Position numbers and translations under genes: made by a program
The notes under the pieces: generated by a model
Database searches by the model: none
What the model was told of the DNA's origin: nothing
Seen by the model: only the letters and a program-made list of their open reading frames with translations
Part shown: positions 18,416 through 27,241 of the stretch, piece by piece
Layout: each line of letters begins with the position of its first letter
Numbering within the stretch: the stretch's first letter is position 1
Assembly (NCBI GenBank): GCA_018817795.1
Contig: JAHITJ010000152.1
Span: forward strand, 19,695 to 83,694
Direction of reading: 5' to 3'
Source: Myxococcota bacterium
Lineage (GTDB): Bacteria > Myxococcota_A > Polyangia > HGW-17
DNA: 64,000 nucleotides

Positions 18416-19321
18416 TTGACTGGAGATGACAATTCCGAAAGCACCAAGATTGTATCCATCAGCAATCTGCAGAGTCCGCAGAAGAAGAACTACGCCTGCC
18501 TGATCGTGATCGCCGGCAGCAATGTCGGGCAGATGTTTCGCATCGACCTCGAAGAGATGGTGATCGGCCGGGGTCACCTCAACCAAATCATGCTGATCGA
18601 TGACGGAATCAGCCGTTCCCACTGCCGCCTGATCGCCCTTCCCGGCGGCGAGGTGATGCTCGAGGATCTGCACAGCACCAACGGCACCTACATCAACAGC
18701 GAGCGCGTCTCGCGCAGGCTGCTCAAGGACGGCGACAAGATCCAGGTCGGTTCCACCTCGATCCTGAAGTTTACCTACCACGACAACATCGAGGAGAACT
18801 TCCAGCGCCAGATGTTCGAGTCCGCCCTGCGCGACGGCCTGACCAAGACGTACAACAAGCGGTACTTCGTCGAGCGGCTCGAGGCTGAATTCGCCTACGC
18901 CCTGCGACACCATTTCCCTGTCACCCTGTTCATGTTCGACCTCGACCATTTCAAGCGCTTCAACGACACCTACGGACACCTGTGCGGTGATGCGGTGCTC
19001 GTGGAGATGGCCCGCCGCGTCACCGGGTCGATCCGGTCCGAGGACGTGTTCGCCAGGTACGGAGGCGAGGAGTTCGCGCTGATCACCCGGGGAATACCCC
19101 ATGACAACGCCGTGATCCTGGGTGACCGCCTGCGCATGAACATCGCCAACCGTCCCTTCGTCTACGACAACCAGCAAATGACCGTGACGGTCAGCATCGG
19201 CATCGCCAGCCTTCCCAATCCTGCGATCAACTCCGCCGAGGAGCTCGTGGATTCCGCTGATCGCGCACTGTACGAAGCCAAGCACGCCGGCCGCAACCGT
19301 GTCTGCTCCTTTAACAAGTAA
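18416..19321 (+). CDS. FHA-domain diguanylate cyclase (FHA-GGDEF, with RxxD I-site)
   Basis: 301 aa with a TTG start 5 nt after GGAGGA. The N-terminal FHA pattern is (...VIGRG...IDDGISRSHCRL...LEDLHSTNGTYIN...). The C-terminal GGDEF domain has DLDHFKRFNDTYGH, RSED-x5-GGEEF and ALYEAKHAGRN. Confidence 0.9.
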   Translation: MTGDDNSESTKIVSISNLQSPQKKNYACLIVIAGSNVGQMFRIDLEEMVIGRGHLNQIMLIDDGISRSHCRLIALPGGEVMLEDLHSTNGTYINSERVSRRLLKDGDKIQVGSTSILKFTYHDNIEENFQRQMFESALRDGLTKTYNKRYFVERLEAEFAYALRHHFPVTLFMFDLDHFKRFNDTYGHLCGDAVLVEMARRVTGSIRSEDVFARYGGEEFALITRGIPHDNAVILGDRLRMNIANRPFVYDNQQMTVTVSIGIASLPNPAINSAEELVDSADRALYEAKHAGRNRVCSFNK

Positions 19322-21056
19322 GGCACCAAGCTTGCCGTTCCCGCGTTTTCCACAATCCAGCGCGAACAGGGCCCCTTCCGCGCGGATCGACCTCGCCCTC
19401 CGCTGGCTTCTGGTCGGCGCCGGTGCCGCCCTGCTTCTGGCGCACACCACCTTCCTGACCTGGTTCATCTGCGACGACGCCTACATCTCCTTCCGGTACG
19501 CGCTGAACCTGGCACGGCGCGGCGAGCCCTTCTACAATCCCGGCGAGGCCGTCGAAGGTTACTCGAACTTCCTGTGGGTCGTGTTTCTTTCGATCTCCGA
19601 ACTGGCCTCGTTTTCCATGCGTCACGCGGCACACCTCGGCAGCGTACTCTCCGCACTCTGGATCCTGGTGTCCCTGCACCGGTTCATCACCTGGTTATGG
19701 CCCGCCACCGAAGAATTTGCCACCGGACACCGGCGCACGATCCTGGCCACCGGCCTGCTGGCGCTGGCCGCCTTCGGACCGTTCGCCTTCTGGGTTTCGG
19801 CCGGGCTGGAGACCATGCTCTTTGGTGCGCTGCTGACCGCCGCCGTGGTTTCCACATTGATGGCCGGCGAACGTTCCGTTGTCGGCGTAAAACCTGCCCT
19901 TCTGTGGGCCGCCTGCGCCCTGACCCGGCCCGAGGGTGCCCTGCTCGGCACCGCTGCACTCTTTTTTCTCGGTTTCCTCACATGGAAGGACGCCGGCTTC
20001 CGCTTCCGGGCACTGTGGCGCCCGGCAGCAGGCTTACTCCTGTTCGTGGCCCTCGTGGGTGCACATCTGATTTGGCGCCGGAGCGTGTATGGCCAGTGGC
20101 TGCCCATGACCTACCACACCAAAATCAGTGGCATCGATCCAGCGTTCCTTCTCAGGCACGGGCTGGCCTACGCGAAAGCCTTCTTCACGACCTTCCGGCT
20201 GTTTTGGTTCCTGCCGCTCCTGGCCGGTGTATGGCTCCCACAGGGAGAGCGCGGACTTTCACGCGGACGACGGGCCTTCCTGCTGACGGCGGGGCTGTTC
20301 CTTCTGCTTGGCGCACACATCGTCCGCTCCGGCGGCGACTTCATGGCCATGTTCCGGTTCTTCGCTCCGATCTGGCCCCTCTTCGTCATGACCCTGCTGC
20401 CCGGGATCGTGGGCTGGTCTGACTGGCTCGCACACCGGCTTTCCCATCCACGCTGGTCCCACCCATTCATGGCCATCCTGGCGGTGCTCTTCCTGCTGTC
20501 GATCGGACAGGCCTCCTGGCGCTTCTCGCGAAATTCCCTCGCCTCGGAGCGGCCGCAGTTCATGATGGAAAGCATCGCCGGCATGGTGCATTTCGCGCAG
20601 GACCGGGAGAAGGTCGGGCGCGCGCTGCGGACCGTTCTGCCCGAGGCCGTGCGGAACCGCACGCTCATGGTCGTCGGTGGTGCGGGCGCGATCGCGTTCG
20701 AGAGCCGGATCCTGCATGTTGTGGACACGTTCGGACTGACCGACCCGGTGATCGCCCGCAAGAAGGTCAGGACCGGATCATTCACCAAGCCCGGACACCT
20801 GAAACAGGCCTCCTGGGCTCACGTTCGCTCCAAGAACGCCGACATCCTGTGCAATCCAAACGTGGCCTGGCTTGGCAGCGGTGCGCCTCCGGAGCGCGTC
20901 CGCACCCAACTTGAACGGCAGTGGCCCGGCTACGTCACCTTCTGTCTTCTCCTGCCACTGTCCGCACCCGGAAGAGGCGCCCGAAGAACACACTATTGTT
21001 GTTTGAAAAAACAGGATAGGCTGGAGCAGTTGACTCTTCGAACGGTGGTTCCATGA
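19299..21056 (+). CDS. polytopic membrane protein, GT-C-like glycosyltransferase family (tentative)
   Basis: About 575-585 aa with at least 10 hydrophobic segments. The N-terminal FICDDAYISFRYALNLARRGEPFYNPGEAVEGYSNFLW resembles the first-loop acidic motif of proteins annotated as arabinofuranosyl/GT-C transferases (from memory). The start is uncertain: GTG 19299 or in-frame TTG 19332. Confidence 0.5.
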   Translation: MSAPLTSKAPSLPFPRFPQSSANRAPSARIDLALRWLLVGAGAALLLAHTTFLTWFICDDAYISFRYALNLARRGEPFYNPGEAVEGYSNFLWVVFLSISELASFSMRHAAHLGSVLSALWILVSLHRFITWLWPATEEFATGHRRTILATGLLALAAFGPFAFWVSAGLETMLFGALLTAAVVSTLMAGERSVVGVKPALLWAACALTRPEGALLGTAALFFLGFLTWKDAGFRFRALWRPAAGLLLFVALVGAHLIWRRSVYGQWLPMTYHTKISGIDPAFLLRHGLAYAKAFFTTFRLFWFLPLLAGVWLPQGERGLSRGRRAFLLTAGLFLLLGAHIVRSGGDFMAMFRFFAPIWPLFVMTLLPGIVGWSDWLAHRLSHPRWSHPFMAILAVLFLLSIGQASWRFSRNSLASERPQFMMESIAGMVHFAQDREKVGRALRTVLPEAVRNRTLMVVGGAGAIAFESRILHVVDTFGLTDPVIARKKVRTGSFTKPGHLKQASWAHVRSKNADILCNPNVAWLGSGAPPERVRTQLERQWPGYVTFCLLLPLSAPGRGARRTHYCCLKKQDRLEQLTLRTVVP

Positions 21057-22231
21057 ATCCCATTTTCGAAATACCCCGTATCCTGCAGAACCGGTACCAG
21101 CTCATCAGGCTCGCCGGAACCGGTGGCATTTCCGCCGTGTTCGAGGCGATGGACACCGTGGAGGACCGCACCGTCGCGGTCAAGATCCTGCTGCGCCGCG
21201 ACGGGCAACCGACCCCGCCCGATCAGGTTCAGCACTTCCTGGCCGGCGCCCGCTTCGGACTGCAGTTTTCCCATCCGCACCTGGTACGCACCCTTGACTT
21301 CGGCGAGGATTCCGAGCTCGGACCGTTCTGGGTCATGGATTTCCTGGCCGGAGAAAGCCTCTCCAGGCACATCACCGGAAACCGTGAGCTTTCGGAGTAC
21401 TTCATCCGTTCGATCGGGGCCCAGGTCGCCTCGTGCCTGAAGACCATCCACGAGCGCAACATGCTCCACGGGGACATCAAGCCCGAGAACATCTTCCTGA
21501 CGCCTGGTCCGCAGGAGCCTTGGATCATCGTGCTGGATTTCGTGCCCATGCGCCGCCTCGACGACTGGCTTGCGATGAACGTCACGCGGGAATACCTTCC
21601 ACCGGAGATCTTTTCCGGGGGCATGCCCAACGCCGGCGCTGATGCCTTTGCCCTGGGCGTGCTGCTGCACGAACTGACCTTCGGGGTTCTTCCGATGTTC
21701 CACCAGTCGGGGGAACTGAACCTGCCGCTTGAGCGCCGCACGATTTCGCCGAAACTGGCCGCTTTCCTGTTCGGCCTGCTGTCCTTCTCGCCGAGGGATC
21801 GCCTGCTCACCCTCGGGGATCTCGCCAATTCCGTCGTCTCAGCAGAGGGCGAGGCCAAGGAGACGACGATCCGCACGCCGGAGCCGGGTCCCGCACCGCC
21901 GTTCAACCTTCAGACTGCCTTCTCCCAGCACCCGTTCGGCATGCTGTTCCTGGACACGAAGATGGTCGTCACCTGGGTCAACGAATCGGCCCGCAAGTGG
22001 CTCGGAGACGGCCTGATAGGCCAGCGCTTCCATGTGACGCCCCTGGCGTTCTTTTCGCCGCAGATCCTCGGCAATCTCGAGGATGCGCTCGAGACCGGGC
22101 GGATCACCTCCTGCGCCGTGGCCGGCACGTCCCTTTATCTTTGGATATCACCTGTGCTGCAGGATCAGATCATCCAGGGCATCGTCTGCACGTTGTGCCC
22201 GTCGGCGGCCGAGATGCACTTCAACGCGTGA
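21053..22231 (+). CDS. Ser/Thr protein kinase with C-terminal PAS-like domain
   Basis: 392 aa with G-loop GTGGISAV, VAVK, catalytic HGDIKPENIF, DFV in place of DFG, and PPE. The C-terminal ~110 aa (GMLFLDTKMVVTWVNESARKWLG...) look PAS-like. Its ATGA overlaps the preceding gene. Confidence 0.85.
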   Translation: MNPIFEIPRILQNRYQLIRLAGTGGISAVFEAMDTVEDRTVAVKILLRRDGQPTPPDQVQHFLAGARFGLQFSHPHLVRTLDFGEDSELGPFWVMDFLAGESLSRHITGNRELSEYFIRSIGAQVASCLKTIHERNMLHGDIKPENIFLTPGPQEPWIIVLDFVPMRRLDDWLAMNVTREYLPPEIFSGGMPNAGADAFALGVLLHELTFGVLPMFHQSGELNLPLERRTISPKLAAFLFGLLSFSPRDRLLTLGDLANSVVSAEGEAKETTIRTPEPGPAPPFNLQTAFSQHPFGMLFLDTKMVVTWVNESARKWLGDGLIGQRFHVTPLAFFSPQILGNLEDALETGRITSCAVAGTSLYLWISPVLQDQIIQGIVCTLCPSAAEMHFNA

Positions 22232-23258
22232 TACGAAACAACTGGATGCGGCAGATGCGCCAGCGGGTCAACAACGGCGAGATGTCGGCGATCAACTCGA
22301 ACTGCAGGCGCATGCGCTGATCCTTGTGAACGAGGTTTGCCTGGAGAAGGCAGGTACGCTCGTCCCGGGCCACGATGACCGGTGCCCCTTCGGGCTGTCC
22401 GGAAAAATAGGCCAGGGCCTGCAGCATCGCAGGCGATGAGTCGCAGGCCGGAGCGGTCGCGAAGTACCGCACCAGTTCGCCGGTCTGCTGCATCCTCTGC
22501 ATCTCCAGCACCGACCATACCAGCCAGTCCGGCTCCTGTTCCCGGAAGGGAAACAGCGCCAGACCCTTCAGAGGGACCAGCGCCCTGGAGGTCTTGTGCC
22601 ACTGGAAGATCGCCCAGCGGTACTTCCACGGCGGCGGGGAACCTTTCCATGGATTGGTCACAATGATCTCCTGCACACCGTCGTCGTCGACATCCCAGTA
22701 ATGAAAATCCGGCGGGGCATAACTCTCCGGGACCGAAGGATCATAGACATGAGCGACCTTCCACACCTCCCTGAAGGACCACGTCCCCTTGGGGTTTCTG
22801 GAGACATCCCAATAGACGCTCGTGATCACCTGGAAACCCGAGGTGAAGCGGCCTGTCGTCGTGAACAGCAACTGGTGTTCAAACGCCGATCCCAGCCGCA
22901 CCAAGTGCAGTTCGTGCACCGTCCCGTTCAGTTCCTTCATCGCGACCACGGGTTCCTCCCCGGGAACCAGATCGGTCTTGCCCAGCACCAGGACACTCTT
23001 CATCTCCTGATTGGACACACCCTGCCGCAGGAAGGCGTAGACGCTCAGGCGCGTCCGGTCCCGCACCAGGTTACCGCTGGCCGTCAGGTACCGGTCCCAC
23101 GAGCCGTGCACCTTCGTCATCTGTTCCTTGACCAGCGTCAAATACGCGGAGTTGTCGGAGAACCGGATCGGCTTCTCCGGAGTCCTTCTGTCGTCGCCAG
23201 AACGGTCGAACCAGTCGCACCCGGAGAGGAGGGCCAGCAGGAGCAGGAGCAGGGGCAT
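22221..23258 (-). CDS. hypothetical lipoprotein
   Basis: 345 aa with signal peptide plus lipobox MPLLLLLLALLSGC. It has a DVDDDGVQEIIV FG-GAP/Ca-loop-like motif and no other recognisable domain. It is the last gene of the 31326->22221 gene string. Confidence 0.7.
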   Translation of the reverse strand: MPLLLLLLALLSGCDWFDRSGDDRRTPEKPIRFSDNSAYLTLVKEQMTKVHGSWDRYLTASGNLVRDRTRLSVYAFLRQGVSNQEMKSVLVLGKTDLVPGEEPVVAMKELNGTVHELHLVRLGSAFEHQLLFTTTGRFTSGFQVITSVYWDVSRNPKGTWSFREVWKVAHVYDPSVPESYAPPDFHYWDVDDDGVQEIIVTNPWKGSPPPWKYRWAIFQWHKTSRALVPLKGLALFPFREQEPDWLVWSVLEMQRMQQTGELVRYFATAPACDSSPAMLQALAYFSGQPEGAPVIVARDERTCLLQANLVHKDQRMRLQFELIADISPLLTRWRICRIQLFRITR

Positions 23259-23261
23259 CGG

Positions 23262-25283
23262 CTATTCCTGGCCACAACCGGGTCGTCCCGAAGGCGTCCC
23301 CTCGATGGTCGGATGTGGCAGCACGGCCCGAAGGTAGAGAAAATCTTCGGTGCAGAAGGCCTCAAATCCTGTGGAGATCCCTGCGCGTTCAGAGAACGGT
23401 CTGGCGTTTCCTGCATCCATCAGGCGCAGCGGAACATCCCCGGGATTGTGGTAGGACCCCTCGACGTAGGGTTGGGCCAGACCGATACTGTGCCCGATTT
23501 CATGGGCCAGGGTGGTCCCCAGGAGCGTACCCAGCGCGTAGACCGCACAGGCCACGCGTTCGAGCCGGTTGGACCCGACGGTCGCACAGCCAGGCCCGTA
23601 GGACACCGGGGTGAAAGAGGCAGCCTCCTGGGCATTGACCGGGGTGCCCCGGCGGTCCGGCCGGAACGGGTCGAAGATCCGGTCGAAGAGCGGATCCGCG
23701 ATCTCCATCGTGGTCACACCTGTGGGCGGATTCTGGGACAGGCCGAAGAAACTGTGCAGGAACACGCCGCCATAGCCGGGATAGCCGTCCTCCTGGGTCA
23801 CGGCGTTGCGGCCGCCCAGCACGTCGTGCAGACGCTGGTTGCCCACATCCTTGCCGGTGGAGTTGTCGTAGCCGAGCAGCCCGAACCCGTTGGGATCGAA
23901 TCCGTGGATCTCCACCCGGGAAAACAATTTGTAGTCCGTGATCTCATCCTCATCCAGCTCAAGGTGAATCCCCGCATACAGACCACGGATCACCTCCAGC
24001 GCGCGGTCCCTGATCGCCGCGTCCACGCCGGTCAGCCCCCATTGGGCCAGTGCCGAAGCATAACTGTCCTGATAGGACAGAAACACCTTCTGCAGAACGG
24101 GCAGAACCTCGAGTTGCAAGGGTATGGTGTTGCTCTCCTCGCACTCGGCGCCGCAGCAGACGCGCGCGCTCAGATCCACGTCCAGAAGTCCCCGTGCGGT
24201 CCTCAGATCGAGGAACTCGCCCAGGTCGGATTGCTCGTCGAGCACGTGCCGGGCCAGATCCCCGCTCTCGACCTCCGGAATCCAGCTCATGTCTATCACC
24301 TGTGCCGCACCGCCATCGGGCGTCCATGTCCCCTGCAGGGTCAGGTCCGTGGAGCAGCCTGCGGCGGCCGGAACGAACGCGTGGCCGTGGATGTCCACGA
24401 AGCCTCCCAGCGACGTGGAGGACGTCGACACCTGGGTCAACTCCACTTCGAGAAGCTCCACATTCAGATCCAGCGCAGGACTGTCCCCGGCACCGCCGGA
24501 GACCTGACGGTTGCGCAACCGGATCGTGCCGGCAAAGCTGGCAGGATGCACGCCGAAGACATGGGACGGCAGAACCACCGTGCCTCCGTCGCGGGTACGC
24601 GGGTCCAGGTCCGTCAGCGGCAGCTCCACAGGTCCGATCGGCACACCGTCGGTCTCGCAGGAACCCGTGCTCCCCTCAGGCAGGAGGCATCCCTCGATCA
24701 CGGCGACGCTCTCGCCCTCGTCGGTCGAGAGCAGCAGGTTCTGTCCGGAGAACGCCAGTCTCCCTTCCAGGTACACGAAGGGATCCAGCTGGATCGAAGT
24801 CAGTACCGGCCCGATGGCGAGACCGGTGGTCAGGTCCGCGGGCAACGCCGAGGAGGTGTACGCCTTTCCCGAGTACAACGAGGTGGAACGCACCCAGACG
24901 TTCACCAGGAGCTGGCCCTCGCGCAGAGCGCCACCGCAGATCCGGGTGAACACCGCCTCGGAGAGATCCACGTAGACGCGATCGGCCCGTGTCCGGACGG
25001 CGGGCAGGCTCTCGAACACATGGACGAAGCCGTCGTCATGATGGAACGTCCCCTCCAGCACGACCTCGGTGGGCCCGAAGCTCTCATCGGGAAACGGTCC
25101 GCCCTCGATCCAGAGGCGGGAGCCGGGCAGGACCATGGACGGGAACACGAACATGACGTCCATGTCGTGCCATTCCTGCACCTGCGCGGGTGTTTTCCGG
25201 CCGGGCTCCGCGCAGGCCACCGGCAGCAGGATCGACAGCGCCAGGGCGCCCAGAACGATTATTCGACGGGCATGGGTTCCCAT
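23262..25283 (-). CDS. exported zinc metalloprotease-like protein (HEXXH)
   Basis: 673 aa with an N-terminal signal sequence ending LLPVAC. LAHEIGHSIGLAQPYVEGSYHNPGD is a metzincin-like zinc site near the C-terminus. The family is not identifiable by eye. Confidence 0.7.
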   Translation of the reverse strand: MGTHARRIIVLGALALSILLPVACAEPGRKTPAQVQEWHDMDVMFVFPSMVLPGSRLWIEGGPFPDESFGPTEVVLEGTFHHDDGFVHVFESLPAVRTRADRVYVDLSEAVFTRICGGALREGQLLVNVWVRSTSLYSGKAYTSSALPADLTTGLAIGPVLTSIQLDPFVYLEGRLAFSGQNLLLSTDEGESVAVIEGCLLPEGSTGSCETDGVPIGPVELPLTDLDPRTRDGGTVVLPSHVFGVHPASFAGTIRLRNRQVSGGAGDSPALDLNVELLEVELTQVSTSSTSLGGFVDIHGHAFVPAAAGCSTDLTLQGTWTPDGGAAQVIDMSWIPEVESGDLARHVLDEQSDLGEFLDLRTARGLLDVDLSARVCCGAECEESNTIPLQLEVLPVLQKVFLSYQDSYASALAQWGLTGVDAAIRDRALEVIRGLYAGIHLELDEDEITDYKLFSRVEIHGFDPNGFGLLGYDNSTGKDVGNQRLHDVLGGRNAVTQEDGYPGYGGVFLHSFFGLSQNPPTGVTTMEIADPLFDRIFDPFRPDRRGTPVNAQEAASFTPVSYGPGCATVGSNRLERVACAVYALGTLLGTTLAHEIGHSIGLAQPYVEGSYHNPGDVPLRLMDAGNARPFSERAGISTGFEAFCTEDFLYLRAVLPHPTIEGTPSGRPGCGQE

Positions 25284-27241
25284 TGCACGAGGCCCTCCAC
25301 TTCATCGATGTAATAAATGTAATTGGCTGAGACGTTCTCGAGGACCGTCACGGTGTTCTCCAAGTTGGGCCAGCGGATCTCCACACGGGTGATCTCGCAG
25401 TCTGAGCCGAGGCCGAACCACGCCTCCAGCGGGGTCAGGATGCCGAAGTGACCGAACGAGGACTGGATCTCACGGATCTGGGTCACGTCACCGGCGGTCA
25501 CGCTCACCTGCGCACCGATCGCGAAGGTGTTCGCAAAGCCGTACGCACCACCGCCGCGCAGGCGGAACACGGCCCGGTTCTGCCCGGAACCGCCGTCATT
25601 GCGGAACAGGCGCACACGGGGCTCGTCGAAGATGCAGTCGGCATCCGCTGTGGTGCAGCGCATGCGTGAGAAACCGATGAGCAGATCCAGATCGCCGTCC
25701 TGATCGTAGTCCAGGTAGGATACGCCGCCGGCCCGTGGCGCGAGGAGGTCCAGCGACTCGGCCACCTCTTCGAACGTGTGGTCGGGCTTTTGCCGGAACA
25801 GGCGTGCCTTGGTGCCAGGATAGTCCGAGTCCCCCACCAGGATGTCCAGCAGGCCGTCGTTGTCGAAGTCCATGGTCACGGCCGTGATGTCGCCCTCGTT
25901 CCAGTCGGTCATCTCATGCACCCGATCCAGGCCGGTCACGTCGTTGCCCGGACGCTCGAAGCGAAGCGGGTTCTCCCCGGTGTTGCGCAATAGTTGCGAA
26001 GAGTCTGAACTGTTACCGATATGCCAATGGTGGATCTCGGCATGGTAGACATCCATGTCGCCGTCGTTGTCGAAGTCCGCACACAGCGAGGTGAACGTGT
26101 TGCCGCCATTGCGGTACGGCTGATCATCGGAGCCCACATACCAATAGTCATTGTCGCAGGTGATCATCTGGGTGCCGGGCGGAACCTCTTCACACTCGGG
26201 ACCCGGATTCAGGCGGCAATGGCAAATGTAAAACTGGTTGTCGGAGTAGTCCATGAGGTCGTCGGCGCGATAGGTCGAGGACTCGGAGACGTCGGAGAAC
26301 GTGAGGCCGTCATTGCCCAGGTAGAGGCCATTCCAGGCACGTCCGTAGGAACTGGAGAGGAGATCCGGCCAGCCGTCGCCGTTGATGTCGCACACGGTGA
26401 CGCCCCAGGAAGGCTTGTGGTTGCGTCCTTCGGCCTCGCCGCCTACCAGCGTCGTGAGACCGGCCGAATCGGTGACGTCGCCGTACGTGCCCGCGCCTGA
26501 ATTCCTGAAGAGCCTATCCTGCTGGGGCGAGGATCCGTAGGTTTTATAGGAATAACCCATAAAGATATCCAGCGAGGAATCGCGGTTGTAGTCCGTCAGC
26601 GCCGCCGACGTCGTGGAGTAATACTGGGAGTTCACCCACGGCTGGGAGTCTGTCTGCGGGATGAAATGACCCGCGCCGTCGCCATAGAGCACGGTCGTCT
26701 CGTCCACCACCGCGGTCTCGGCCGTGGAGGCGTACACCACCGAGAGCAGATCCAGATGGCCGTCGCCGTTGATGTCTCCTGCCACGGCGAAGCTCGCGCC
26801 ACGACCCCGTTCCTCGGTGTCCGGAATGCGGTCATAACCGGAGTCGGCCGTATACTCGACGAACATGCGGCGTCCCGGGTTCTGCGGATCCTCCACGTTG
26901 CGCAACACACGCTTTTTTCGCTGGTAATCCAGCGCGTCAGCCGCGTCCCGTGTGTAACCGTCTCCGGTGTGAATCACCAGGTCCGGATAGCCGTCGCCGT
27001 CAAGATCCACGGCACCCAGGCGGTTGCCCAGCAGGTGCTCGCCGTCCACGCCGATGCCCGCTTCGTCGGAGGCATCGACGAACAGGACCTCACCGGACGG
27101 CTGCGTCTGGCACAGCGGCGGCGGCAGGTTCTGGTTGTTGGCATTGTTGACGTTGTTCGTATTGTTGTTGTTCTGTTTGGACGAACCGTCATCGCAGGCC
27201 ACCAGGGCCAGAAGCAACAGGATTCTGATGCAATGTTTCAT
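25259..27241 (-). CDS. CRTAC1/ASPIC-UnbV family FG-GAP repeat lipoprotein
   Basis: 660 aa with lipobox LLALVAC, multiple FG-GAP/VCBS-type loops (DLDGDGYPDL, DINGDGHLDL, DINGDGWPDL, DFDNDGDMDV, DFDNDGLLDI, DYDQDGDLDL), and a C-terminal UnbV/ASPIC-like ...EAWFGLGSDCEITRVEIRWPN... Confidence 0.85.
   Translation of the reverse strand: MKHCIRILLLLALVACDDGSSKQNNNNTNNVNNANNQNLPPPLCQTQPSGEVLFVDASDEAGIGVDGEHLLGNRLGAVDLDGDGYPDLVIHTGDGYTRDAADALDYQRKKRVLRNVEDPQNPGRRMFVEYTADSGYDRIPDTEERGRGASFAVAGDINGDGHLDLLSVVYASTAETAVVDETTVLYGDGAGHFIPQTDSQPWVNSQYYSTTSAALTDYNRDSSLDIFMGYSYKTYGSSPQQDRLFRNSGAGTYGDVTDSAGLTTLVGGEAEGRNHKPSWGVTVCDINGDGWPDLLSSSYGRAWNGLYLGNDGLTFSDVSESSTYRADDLMDYSDNQFYICHCRLNPGPECEEVPPGTQMITCDNDYWYVGSDDQPYRNGGNTFTSLCADFDNDGDMDVYHAEIHHWHIGNSSDSSQLLRNTGENPLRFERPGNDVTGLDRVHEMTDWNEGDITAVTMDFDNDGLLDILVGDSDYPGTKARLFRQKPDHTFEEVAESLDLLAPRAGGVSYLDYDQDGDLDLLIGFSRMRCTTADADCIFDEPRVRLFRNDGGSGQNRAVFRLRGGGAYGFANTFAIGAQVSVTAGDVTQIREIQSSFGHFGILTPLEAWFGLGSDCEITRVEIRWPNLENTVTVLENVSANYIYYIDEVEGLVQWEPMPVE

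Noticed and set aside
22596-25313. 905-aa plus-strand ORF over the lipoprotein and HEXXH protease genes.
   Set aside because: The minus-strand products carry signal peptides, a lipobox and the HEIGH zinc site. The plus-strand product is Arg/Gly/His/Pro-rich with no features.
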